Source of the DNA: Zygnema circumcarinatum SAG 698-1b
Lineage: Eukaryota; Plantae; Zygnematophyceae
Assembly (NCBI GenBank): GCA_037447605.1
Contig: CM074807.1
Coordinates: forward strand, 3,298,829-3,362,828
DNA length: 64,000 nucleotides
Reading direction: 5' to 3'
Shown: piece by piece, positions 14,006-31,400 of the stretch
Layout: each line of letters starts with the position of its first letter
Position numbering within the stretch: position 1 is the first letter of the stretch
Notes under the pieces: model-generated
Told to the model about the DNA's origin: nothing
The model's database searches: none
What the model saw: the letters and a program-made list of their open reading frames with translations, nothing else
Made by a program: the position numbers and the translations under genes

Positions 14006-14775
14006 CATGCAGTCGTGGAGTCGTGGGCGGTCAAAAGGACTTAATCACAGTACGGTACAAAAATTTGCAACGTGGCAAATAATTGGCTACAGCACATCTA
14101 TGGTAGTACCTTTACCGCAGTAAATCTGCTAAAAGCACCACAATTCGAAACTGTTGTGGAGCGGTCTAATGGAATTCGGCAAGTCACACTTTTTTCCACG
14201 TGGCGCATCGTTATTCGATGAAACGAGGACGATTCGCGGGTAATGGGCACATACCTGACAGTAGTTAGCCAGTCAGCCACTGTCAGACTTACCCAAATCG
14301 TCAAGATGCGCAGCTAATCACATGACCTATTGATTCAGGGAAATTTCCCGTCACAGTTACGTTCGCTGTTCATTTAAAATTCCCAGCAGGGTTTCACATG
14401 GGGCGATTTCTCGGATTTTCTCACTGTTACAGTAACACGGTAAACGGAACTGTACTGACATGTATGTAGCCTTGCAGGACTTGCTCTGCCAGGGCCTGCA
14501 GAGCAGAGCGCCTGCAAGATTGACTTGTGCAGAAGCTTGAGCTTCTTGGCAAGATTGAGTTTGAAATTTGCAGACAAAGAGAGAGAGATCAGAGGAACTT
14601 TGCAAGCGATACTTGCAAACCTTGCGCAGATTCATTCTTTACTAGAGCTGCACAAAACTCTTGGATATTTGGCTGGTATTAGCGTGTTTCTGCTGCACAG
14701 AAGGATATCAGCGACAGCTATTTTTTAGGGCTCGCTTGTGCTGCTGTATTTGCGTAGCGTTTGGGAGGGCTAATA

Positions 14776-20250
<5,475 letters not shown>

Positions 20251-21604
20251 ACCCTAAAGCACGCCGAGCTCTGAGGGCCATGGGGCGGGCAACCTCTATT
20301 CTTTTTATAAAAATTAGGGTTCAGAGGGGATAGGACAAGCGAGTGGTTTTGGACTGTTCGGCAGTACAGGTGGCAGCACGGTATTGGTTGAATGCCGCGT
20401 GCAGCAGTGCTATGGTAGTGATGGCATTCCTCTTCTTTTCTTTCTTTTCATTTGGTTGGCTGCCCCTAAATGTAGGGCAGCGCTAGGATAATTGGGAAAA
20501 ACAAATAAATCATAAAAAAGATAAAATAAACCAAAGAAATGTGGAAACGGGTAGAATAGAATAAGCGGGGGGGGTATTTAAGACGTTTCATTTTCAAAAA
20601 AAAAAAAAATTGTTTTTTTTTCGTTTCATTAGGACACACAGCGTCCTAGTGCATGTAGAACGGGTTCAACGGAGCTGCGACTTTATGTAGCTTACTTTGT
20701 TCCCGTGGTCTAAGGTCGAAGGCCTGATGTGACAAAGTTAGGTTTCTGACTCATGCATTGTGCTACATTTCGGTTTTTGGTATTTGGTTTTTTCTTTTGG
20801 TTTGGTGGTTTTGCTGTCGTTTGGTATGCTGGTTTCTCGTTTCTTTTCTTTTCTTTCTTTATCTTTTTTTTTTTCTTTTGATTTGAAGGCTAACGGGGTC
20901 AAGCGAGTTAGTTGCATCAGAGTTGTCGGAGGACAAGTGTGTTATGTGACGCGGATAAAGAGTGGTTCTCCAATCTCCATAGAAGGTGCCCTCTGCAGTC
21001 TAAGTCCTGGTCCCAGTTTGCTGCTTTCGCATATTCACTGATGTGATGTGCTGCGACTGCGACTGGTTGAGCTTTACATGCGCACTTGTGAACCGCATGA
21101 AGTCAAGGGGGTAGTGGAAGGGAGAGAGATTAAGAAAGAGAGAGAAAAAGGAGGGGGGGGGGGAGTACGGCTGGTGGCCGTGGAAACTGCAAACCAGAAA
21201 GCGATGTGAGGCTGGCTGTAAAGCAACGGTCAAAAGCCACTCCATTAGAGGAGGTTTGCACTTCAAAAAAGGGAAACGATGCGTTATCTCTTGAGTCAAT
21301 ATAAGGAGCTTTTGCTGAAACTTCAAGAGAAGCGAATGCATTGGATACCCCCTGCCTTTATGGATATAACATTGCTGAAAAGCAATGATATGTTCATAAG
21401 CCATACATGATATTGCTGATTTTGTCCATGTACAAAAGTGGCATTGGTCTCACCATGAGACCAATGCCACTTTCATTTCATCGTGACAATATCATGTTCA
21501 TGTTCATGCTCATGTTCAAGTTCATGTTTGCGAAGTTGGTGTTTTCGAGTATACCGTATCGTCCCGTATCGGATAGATCGTATCGGATATTGTGCCGTAC
21601 ATTT

Positions 21605-21880
21605 TGACGTCAATAAAAACGACAAGCTTTCAACCAATCCGCTGCTCCCCGACAAAATCTCGCGGTCCTCCAAGCCTCGCGGAGTCCGCCACACTCTGGG
21701 CCGTCCACGTGTCCACGATCGTGACTTGGGACCAACGTCCACGTCATTTGACGAATCCCCACCGTCCGATTGGCCGGTTGTTTGGGACAGTGATGTCACT
21801 TGGCAAATACCAATTCGCTTCCAGAAACGCTTGGCTCTCTTCCATTGGTCATTCTTTCCGCAGATCGCGCTCAGACGTCA
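21605..21880 (+). promoter_or_regulatory. ACGT-core cluster (ABRE/G-box/C-box-like) upstream of LDAP
   Basis: TGACGTCA 21605, CACGTGTC 21706, AACGTC 21734, CACGTCA 21740 and AGACGTCA 21873. Function is not shown. Confidence 0.45.
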
Positions 21881-22345
21881 GCTTGAGTAAAAAAAAAAAA
21901 TCGGTTTTTTGGGACGCTCTGAGGCGGCCCAAATTCAGTTAGTTTGTACCTTTTGCTGGTTCGGTTAGTACGAACTAAACTAGTGTTCGTACGGAATGGC
22001 ATATTTACTGTACAAAATGTACGAAGATGTACGAAAACTGAACGGGGAACGGGGACATGGAAAGTACAGTGATTTTCTTGAAGCCTTCCAAATATTTGGA
22101 AGGGAACGGAAGAGTGAGTGGACGGTTTGAGAGGAGGGAATCAGGGAGGGAGAGGGAGAGGAGTGCGAGAGATAAAGAGAGAGAAGCGAGGGTGAGATAG
22201 AGATAAAGGGGGAGAGAGAGAGGTCAAGAGAGAGGTAGGAGTGAGAGAGAAAGAGAGAGGCGGGGAGAGAGAGAGAGAGCGAGAAAGAGCGAGAGAGACG
22301 AGGCAGAGTCAGAAGTAAGGGAGGCACAAGAAGGACGCCGGCACC

Positions 22346-24025
22346 ATGGAAAAGGTGAGTTAAGTCCGCTGGTTTTGAATTTCTTTTTGCGTGTTGTTTT
22401 GGTGTTGATTAGGGCTTTTATGCCTTTCTTGACAGGATGTGAGTGTGAGGATGATCAGTGGCATGCAAGTGTAGTCGACACGTTGAATGAATATGGTGGG
22501 GATTGAGGGATGTGAATGGGAGGCTGTGAGTTGAGAATGGGAGAGTTCTGTGGGTGAGAACTGGAACGGGACACTGAGAAAAGCAGAAAGTGAGAGAGAG
22601 AGTAAGGGCGAGAGAGAGAGAGGGAGATATGAGAGGGAGCGGCGGAGAGAGTGGAAGAGAAAACAGAGAGAAAAGCTTGAGGTAGAGAGGCGTTTCTGAC
22701 AGGGATAAGTGAAGAGGAGTGAGGAAGATAGGGGGGGGAGAAATAATTTGGCGAGGGAAATGCGAGAGTGAGAGAGGGGTGAAGGTAATCGCAGAGCATG
22801 CGGAATGGGAGAAAGCTCTGCAAGCAGGGGCGGTCTTGGCTTGGTTATAAGAGATGCTGGAAGGCTTCAAGCAAGGCCGCGACTGAACAGAGAAAGCGAT
22901 TCATAATCATGCAGGACTGCCTTTCTCATCGGTTTGGAGAGTCATTTGCTATCATGTAATGAGAATTATTCGCAGGGGACTGTTTCTGAATGATCAAATG
23001 TGTCAGGGAATGATCAAATTAAATAAAAGCAAATGTTGTTCAAGACGGGAATGTAAGCAGCATATTGAGTTGGTGTGGAACTGCGTGTAGGGATGTAGAG
23101 TGGATAAGCATCTGAATGTGTGACGTGGAGGATGCGCCAAGGTGGTGCCTGTTGTAGAGAGGTTATGCCAGCTAGCATGAACTTCTACTCTGCTTGACAG
23201 ATTCCTGCATAAGGAGAGCCGCTGGGTAATCAATGATTCTAACGTTCTTTGTTTGACTGCTGTCTGGATCGCAGGGCCCGGACCTCAAATACCTTGAAAG
23301 CGTTCGTGTGGGTACGGTTCGAGTGGTGGTGTTCTTGGTTCAGTTGTATGAGAGAGCAAAGGACGGTTCCGGCGTGTTGAAGCCTGGGCTCGACCGCGTG
23401 GAGGGTTTGGTCCAAACTGTGGTTGGACCGGTCTATGCGAAGGTCATAGGCCATCCCGACAAAGTGTTCAAGTTTGTGGATACAAAGGTGAGGATTGCAT
23501 GTTGATCGGACTGTGGGTCTGCTCTGGGTGGATCTTGTTGTTTCAGTCCTTAGGGTCATCCATGTCAGGATTACTTTCGTAACTGTTTGAGAAGATCGCT
23601 GGGTTTTTCATGGCTGCATTATCGCCATGCATGTGCAGATCGATTTCGTTGTCTCTTTGGTTGATGAATTGACACCGACCTACATCAAGAAGAAGGTGGC
23701 GGAGGCATATGGAGCAGCCAAGGCGACCCCTCAAAAACTTGAGAAAACAGGCGAAAGCCTGTTTGAAACCGCAAAGCACTCTGCATATTTTGGATGGAAG
23801 GCTTTCCTTGTGCTCCCATTGGCTCCGCAAGTTGTGAAGTTTTCCGTGCCATTGGCGGTGCATGCAAGTGTGAAGTACAACGATGTCGCTGATTACCTCA
23901 AGTTCAAAACGAATCCGACGGTGAAGGCTGCTGCAGCTTATCTTCCGATCATTCCTGTCCACGAATTAGAGAAGACAGTGAAGGCAGACCTTGATGCGGC
24001 CTTGAAGGTGAAGAAGACACAGTAA
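22346..24025 (+). CDS. LDAP: REF/SRPP-family lipid droplet-associated protein
   Basis: Exons 22346-22354 (MEK), 23275-23487 and 23639-24025. The sequence DLKYLESV...LYERAKDGSGVLKPGLDRVEGLVQTVVGPVYAK...FKFVDTK and the C-terminal YLPIIPVHELEK match the rubber elongation factor/small rubber particle protein pattern. The 9-nt first exon is inferred from ACCATGGAAAAG|GTGAGT. Confidence 0.9.
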
Positions 24026-24454
24026 GTTCCATTTTCTATGGAGGGGTGTAAACGTTTAGGGCATGTTTTGCCGGAGGTTTCGGATTGTACGAGTGAACAG
24101 AGGGGCAAGGTGTAATATGGGAAACAGGCCTTTGCATGTTATATAGGGGACGGGACGGCTGAAGGTCTGATTTGGCTCTCTCCCTCTGCGTGTGAAGTTC
24201 TTAAGTAGGCAGTCGGAAAAGTCGTCAGTGGTGATGAGGAAGGATGTACTCAGACCTTTATGTACGTTACGCCATTAACAGTTACGGGCCTGTATCCGTC
24301 AGGATCTGTAAACCTTACGCCATTAGCAGTTGTGGAACTGTATCCCTCAGGACCTGTGAAACGAGTTCTGCCTTGCTGATGGTCTCTCGTTATAGGAAAT
24401 TGTACCGTTTGGCTTGTTGAGGATGTGCACGCTGTTACGGTTTTGAGCAAGGAG

Positions 24455-24660
24455 TATGCATGTATGCATGTATGCAGGGGCATGCATATGCATGCATGCG
24501 TGTATCCAACCATGGTCATCTTGTATCCATCCATGCATGCATGCATGTATCCAACCATTGTCATCATGTATCCTACCAAGGTCATCATGTATCCATCCAT
24601 GCATGCATCCAACCATGGTCATCATGTATCCATCCATGCATGCATGCATGCTATCATGAA
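24455..24660 (+). repeat. ATGCAT/CATGTATCCATC-rich degenerate minisatellite
   Basis: Recurrent catgtatccatccatgcatg and caaccatggtcat blocks. Confidence 0.85.
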
Positions 24661-25439
24661 CGGTAGAGGGGGGAGGGGATTCTGAGAACGGGCACGGGCA
24701 GGAAAGAATGGGTAAAGGTGATTGCAAAAATTCTGTAACTTGCACTTCGTGACGACGAAAATCGTGAGGTGTGAGATAATAACAACATAAAGCATAGAAA
24801 GGAAAAGTTTTCCCTTTCATTAACTATTATAATACGAAATATCAACGCAGCAAAAACAACCGGAAAGTGTTTCCTAACAATGACAAATCTGTTACAATAT
24901 ACACATAATGAAAAGTCACAGCAAAGCCCGCAGCCTTGACCCTAAACTTCCACATCCTCTGGTAAATCTGCAAACTGCAAATTATCCTTTCACATGAAAA
25001 TTGTAGCAAGCGACAACTTAAAAAATGCAGCTGCAAATAGCCAAGAACGTTTTTCATCTACAAAAGAGAAAACTGCTCTACAGTCAGTAGCCAAACATCG
25101 AACCCTAATCTCTATACTTAGAACATGACAACCACATCCACCAGCACTGTGATCCACCAGCGGTAGCCAAGGCCTTCCCCCTCCCCTCTGCACCTTTAAC
25201 ACCCAAAAACTAAACCCTGAACAAAGCGCCCTCCCTTCCCAAGAAACCACTCTGCCTGCTCACACAACCTTCATCTTGTCAGTTCTCTTAACATTTGGCC
25301 CCAAACTTCGTCCCGTATCCGTTCCGGTATCAGGTCGCCGTTCCATTTCCGTTGCCGTTTCCTTTATTCAGACCCCTCTTTCCTAGTAAACTTTCAGAAC
25401 CAGGATCCTCCCCTTGTCCTCTCCTCCGGATACTTCCTT

Positions 25440-28400
25440 TCATGCAGTGAGAAAGGCTCCATGCTGTGCCTCCATCTGCACCATGTCCTCCACCATAGAA
25501 TCCACAACCTCATTAAAGGAGTGATCCAAGCCTCTCCCACAAATCCCTCCCACTTCTCCTCCCGCCTTCACTTTCTTCCCCGCCCTCTCACGCTTCGTCT
25601 CCTCCCCAAAATCCATACCCTGCTCTCTTCCTTCACCCTCTCCAAAGCCCTCCTCTCTCCCTCCCTTTCCTTTCCATCCCATAGAAACCTCTTTCCATGT
25701 CCCAAACGCAACAGAAGTATCCCCTCCGAAGTAGTTCCCTAAACCCTCCACTCTCTCCGTCTCTCCCTCCCCTTCCTGCCACCCGGCAAGGGCTTCTGCT
25801 GACCTGCAAGAGGCCGAGGAGCTTGCGGGTCCTCTCTCTTCCTCAAGGGCTCTCTCTCCTTCTCCCTCTCCCTCACTCCCTCCTTTCTTATCAACCATGC
25901 TGTCTACCACAGCGTCTGCAACAGGAAGCTCTCTCCCCTCCTTCCCATTACTGCTCATCGCCTCAGCTACTCTTCCCCCTTTTGCATCCTCCAAATAATC
26001 CTCAAATCCTCCTTCCATGTGAAAATCCTCCGTCGGCGCCTTATAATACTTCCCGACATCCTTGCTTAGTTCATCACCTTCAACTTTAGGGCCTACAGAA
26101 CCGAGGGGGATTTTAGGGTTCAGCGGGGTCTTCGGAACTTTGAACTGATCCTTTGCAATCTTCTCATGCAATGATCCAGAACTTCGCTTCGATTCTGGTG
26201 AAGGCGTGAGTAAATCACTCTGATAACATGAAGCTGATCGAAGTGGAGTCTCCATAAAAAAACGTTGTTGGCCGATGGTAGTCGCATCATCCCTTAAATC
26301 AAACAGTCCGTTTCCTCCACTCAAGCTTGAAGACATTGCTGCTAAAGATTTTGGAGAGACATTGAGAGCAGTTCCATCATATGAATTTCGCAGCTCCTCT
26401 TCAAGCCTTTCAAGCTCGCATTCATGGATCAAAGCATCTTCCATTCCCCATTCTGAAATTTGCAATTGCCCACGTGCCGAACTGAGAGAAGAACTCTTGT
26501 CGGGCAGGCTCAAAAGGTCTCGTTTTGGACCCAAAACTGGCATCGTTGAGGATGCCAATTGGTCAACAATAGATGGGGCAGCCAAAGAAACGTTTTGGTC
26601 CCTCGACCGGCCTTCCTGATCCATGAGTTTGGACTCCGCGGGCAAACTAGAAAAAAGTTCAGTCTTGCCCGAATCGCCAAGATTAGGGCTCAAATGCTGC
26701 CTTTTTGCAGGGCTTTTTGAGAGGTCTCTCGATGACCTGTATCCAAAGGAGCAATTCCGCAAGTTTGGGTCAACAATATGACATAAGATTAGCAAGGACA
26801 GGTGCAGAAATCAAGGATATTTGTAACTGGAACTGAACGGAATAGAAGAGGCTCTCATAGAATAACCCGCTTAAGCACATTCATGCACTACCCTCTTGTG
26901 GGAGGGAGAGAGACCTGTGCAACTGACCGAGGTTCGGATGGTGCAATAGCTGCTTGGGGGTTTAGGCGAAGGGCAGAAAGGGTCCCCATTGAGGAGAGGA
27001 AGTTTTGGGGGGGTCTATCATCATCAGAACATTCCCGACGGAGTATCTCCTTCTGTTAAGGGCGGGGGAGACAAAGGAGTACAGGGCAATTCGTCACATC
27101 AGGTTAAAGTATAAAATGGAAATTTCCAAAATGCAGAACCTCCAAGAAGTAAAAAAGAAATCGCTCGCGAATCAAAGAGGAGAAGCCCCATAAATGCACG
27201 AGAAAGATGGTAGGGAGAAGGGAGGCACGAGAGAGAGGGGACGGGGGAGAGAGAGTGGAAGGAGAGAAAAAACGGAGGAGAAGCAGAGAATGAAAAGCGA
27301 AAAGAATAAGGAAAGAGAAAGATACGCGAGAATGTAGGAGGAAGACGGGCCAGAAAGTTCTTGCAAACCTACCCTGCTTTCTGGAACATACGGAGAAGAA
27401 AGCTGAACGGAAGCAGAAAGCTGCTTAACCTCAAGAGTGGATTTTTTCAAGTTGTCCTCCTGAACATAAGAAGTATCCATAGGGGAGAGATAAGAAAAAG
27501 TCAGAAAGAGAAATATATACCTATATAACTGTCCATCTATCTATTTATATTTTATACGAATAAATATTTTCCATTCGGATTTCTCCCTTCGACTTCTCTC
27601 ACCGCCCCTCGGCACCTTCCTATCCCTTTCTCCCTTCCCAGTCCTCCCCATCGCCCTACCTCTCCGCCTAACCCGTTTCTGTCACAGTGAGGACAGTTTT
27701 CTTGAAAAAGAGACCCCACCTGCAATTCCAATTCATATCCCTTCCTGTCGTTCCACATCCTCTCCTCTGCTATCCTCTCTGTCTCTCTCTTTAGTCCCCT
27801 CAACTCTCTGTACTCTCAGCAATAGCTTTCTTCTGATAAGAGGGCAAAGGGTCACTTCGTTTCTCCCTTTGCCCCTCCGGCCTCCCCCCTCACCCTCTCC
27901 CTATCCGCCTACTTTCCAAGTGCCTCTCACTCGACCTTTCCCCCCAACTTTAGTGTACGAAGAAAAAGGACCCTCTCACCATCAAGCTCTCATCTCGAAA
28001 GGCAGCCTTCGTTTCAGCCTTTGATGCACTCGACGGAAGTCTCACAGAGCTGTTCATGTTCGAGTTTTTTTGTTTCAGTTCCACAGAACTAGCAGATAGA
28101 AGCTTCTGAGGCTCTGCAAGCTGGGGCACATTTTTTTGATCCTTTCCGTCGGCCAACCAATCAGCAAACGCCACCTGGCAGAGGGCAGAAACACGGACAA
28201 GTGCTCCAAGGATTTCTCAATGGGAAAAGCCAAAACACCGCTGTCAAAATCGGAGCGACTTGGTGGCAAGAACAGTTGAAACTTAAAATAAAAACATGAA
28301 TCAAGCAAAACCCCAAACCTTCACCCATGAGGCCCCGACACCCTGCAATTCCCAGAAGCTCAAACGCTTTCAACACCCCCAAAGATTAAAGGAACTTACC

Positions 28401-31400
28401 GGGGAGGCGCGCAGACGTGACGTTTCACTGTCACTTAAATGCATTTTCTTTAATGCTGATACAACGTCATCATCCTCCTCCTCTCTCCCACACTCTATGG
28501 CTGAAGAACTCGAAACCCCACGTCGTGCCTTATTGACGAGTGCGCTGGCACGGCTCTTGTCCGACTGAATGTCAAAAAGAAATACAGAGAATCAGTGAAA
28601 TGAAGCGGAAGGTAATGCTTTTAGAGGCTAAGTGTGCTGTTCAAAGGGCATGGAAGTGTCAAAAGAGAGGAGAAGGAAGGAATGGAGAGGGCTAGCACTC
28701 ACCCCGACTCCATGGCGATTTACGACAGACGCTAATTTTCCTAGCTCCTTCTTAAGCTCCTCCATAGCTCCTCTCTTCTTCATTCCTTCACCACTTCCAC
28801 CTCCTCCATCCATCTCGCCCCTCCTCGCTCTTTCCACAACCCCCTTCACTGTAGGAGGCGATTCTCTCACATTCTTATTGGCTCTTGTAATCAGAGCCGC
28901 TGCCCCTCCCTGACGTATCGCAAGCGGATTAGAAAACAGGTTGAAGTCCAAATCACCTCCTTCTCCTCTTCTCTGCCCCTCCTCCTCCTCCAACCCCTCC
29001 TCCTCCTCGTCAATAGCCACAATCTGCTGAGCAAGGGGGCTATTATACGCCTTTGTTGATGATGCCAAAGGAGATTCTGCCGATGTCTTCATCTTTAGCG
29101 TGACTTCACTACCTCTCTCCACTCCCTCCTTCCGCCCAAAGGTGCTCGCTCCTCCTCCTCGGGGCTCCTCTCCTTCTGAGCGCCATAAGTTCCTCCTGGG
29201 AGGGGCGATAATGGGCACATAGGGGCGAGTACTAAGTAGAGGAGTGCCCGAAGGTGGGTCCTGAAGGCTTGGGTGCACCACTGCTTCCATATCAGAGGCC
29301 TGCGCCACGCGGAGGGGAGAGGGATACGAGAGGTTGGAGGGAGTGGGGGAGATGGAGGGAACGGAGTGACGAGGAGGATTGGGAGGGCAAGCAAGGCAGA
29401 GAGAAGAGGGAGAGAGGAGGGTAAGTGGAAGAGGGAGGAAGAGGAGGGACAAGGGAGCAAGACAGGGGGAAAGGAGGGACGAGGGGAGTGGGGGAAGAAA
29501 GTATGAGAATGGGCCAATTGAAAGGAGAGCAAGCAGCAGAGGGAAAGGGAGAGGGAGGAGGAAGGCAGTGGAAAACAGGAATGAGAGTCCTGACCCTAAG
29601 GACGGAGAAGGAGAGCGAGAGGGTTGGAAAAGGAGAGGGCGTGGGAGATGGGGAGTGAGAGAGAAGAAATAGAGAAATAGTGAAGAATTAACCTACCCAA
29701 TGCCCAGGTGATCCAATTACCTGCAAAGAGACACTCTGTGCCAGCTCGTCCAATGCAGCAGCCATGACCGTCATCTCCTTCTCTGCAGCCTCTCGCTTCC
29801 TGCTTTCCTCCATTGAGACCTTGCTTGCGGTCTCTCCCGCCTCTTCCAGCCTCCTCACACTTGCCTTCAATTTCTCTATCTCCTTCGCTGCCTCCTCTCT
29901 CACATACTGCACATCTTCCACCTTCCTCACCTGCAACTTCATCACCTCGGCTCTCAGGTCACTCAACTCCTGTTGCAGTAACTTCTCTCTTTCTCTCACC
30001 CTTTCCCTTTCCTCCCTCTCTCTCTGCCTCTCTCGATCTCTCTCTCTCTCCCGCTCCCGCTCCCGCTCTTTTTCCCTTTCCCTCTCCTGCTCCTTTTCCT
30101 TCTCTCTTTCTCCGTCTCGCTCTCTGTCGGTCTTCCCCCATTCCACACCTGAGCCCCCTCCTCCAAAGCGGAACCTGCCCATCTGCACTCCATAACCAAG
30201 AAGACTCCTACTCCCTCCCCTACCCTCCTCCCCATATCCACCTCCCATACCACTGCCCCTTTCACTCTCCCTTTCCATCTCCCGCTCCCCCAGTTCTTTC
30301 CTCAACCTGGCATTCTCCGACGCCAGTTCCGCCCTTCCCTTCCTGAGCGTCCTCAGAGCTGCCTCCAGTTCAGAGCACTTAGCCATCTCCCTCGTTGCAG
30401 ACTTCTCTCTCTCTGCTAGATGAGCCTGCAGTTCATAAATTATTTCCTCCCGGCTCCGTAATTGCTGCCTCAGTTTCTGAATGTCTTCTCGCGTTCCGGT
30501 GGAACTCGGAGAAGGGCCTCTCTTCAGCCTCCCTCCTCCAGCTTCCCTCTCCACCTCTTCGTCCTCCCCCAGTTGAGCCGCGTAGCTTAGCCCTGATCGA
30601 GGAAGGATGGAGCTATCTTCAAGATTAGAGGAAGGAGAATTCAATCTTTTACGGCTGAGAGGTGTGACGGGCTCGTCTTCGTCGTTAGTGAGTGGGGTTA
30701 AGGCCATTAACCTCGACAGATTGTGTCTCACTCTCTCTCGTTTTCTCTCTCTTTCACTCTCTCTATCTTGTGGGGAATTTTCGAAGCTGGTGGTAAAGGA
30801 ATCACCTGCAAGAATTCCCACGTTATTCTGCTCAAACGACGCCTTAAAAGACACAAAAACACAAGAAATATAAGAACCTGACACTACAATTTTAATTAGC
30901 AAGCATATACGCATTACAGGACAGTGATGCTCTGTTTAACTCAAAATCGGAAATGATGCGGCCTCATTTGGCTTGAATAATGGCTTTAACTTTAAATGGT
31001 TTGTAAGCAAACACATAAGTATTACAGGACAGTGATGTTTTGCTTTAAATTTGAATGGATCCTACAAAACCTAATGTTCAAAGGAAGGAAGAAACCCTAC
31101 TCGAAGGTGAACCTCGATATGTACGTCCATTTGCATTGGAGTTCCCGCTTGAAAAGATCAATGCCTTTCCACAGCCGCCTACAGGCGTCCCCTGGATAGC
31201 TGAAATAAGCCACCAACACTAAATCACAAAGCAACGCCCGGCCTTTGAAAGGGAGCAGGACCTACACTAAGGAACTCTGCTTGTTAACAAATTAATCAAA
31301 CAATCATTCATTCAACTGATGATGGAGAGAATTCAACTGCATTCAAAACTTTACGTTCGTTTTACGTGTATTATCAGATACTTACTCACCCCATATCCAA

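Noticed and set aside
20340-21480. Short ORFs between AACT and LDAP
   Set aside because: No motifs, no convincing splice chain and low-complexity composition; treated as 3' UTR or intergenic DNA.
24250-24400. CRISPR-like repeat-spacer structure
   Set aside because: There are only two adjacent diverged units with no spacers and no cas genes, in a eukaryotic context.
30898-31045. Short direct repeat (attacaggacagtgatg) twice, about 110 bp apart
   Set aside because: A small local intronic duplication with no TIR, TSD or other structure.
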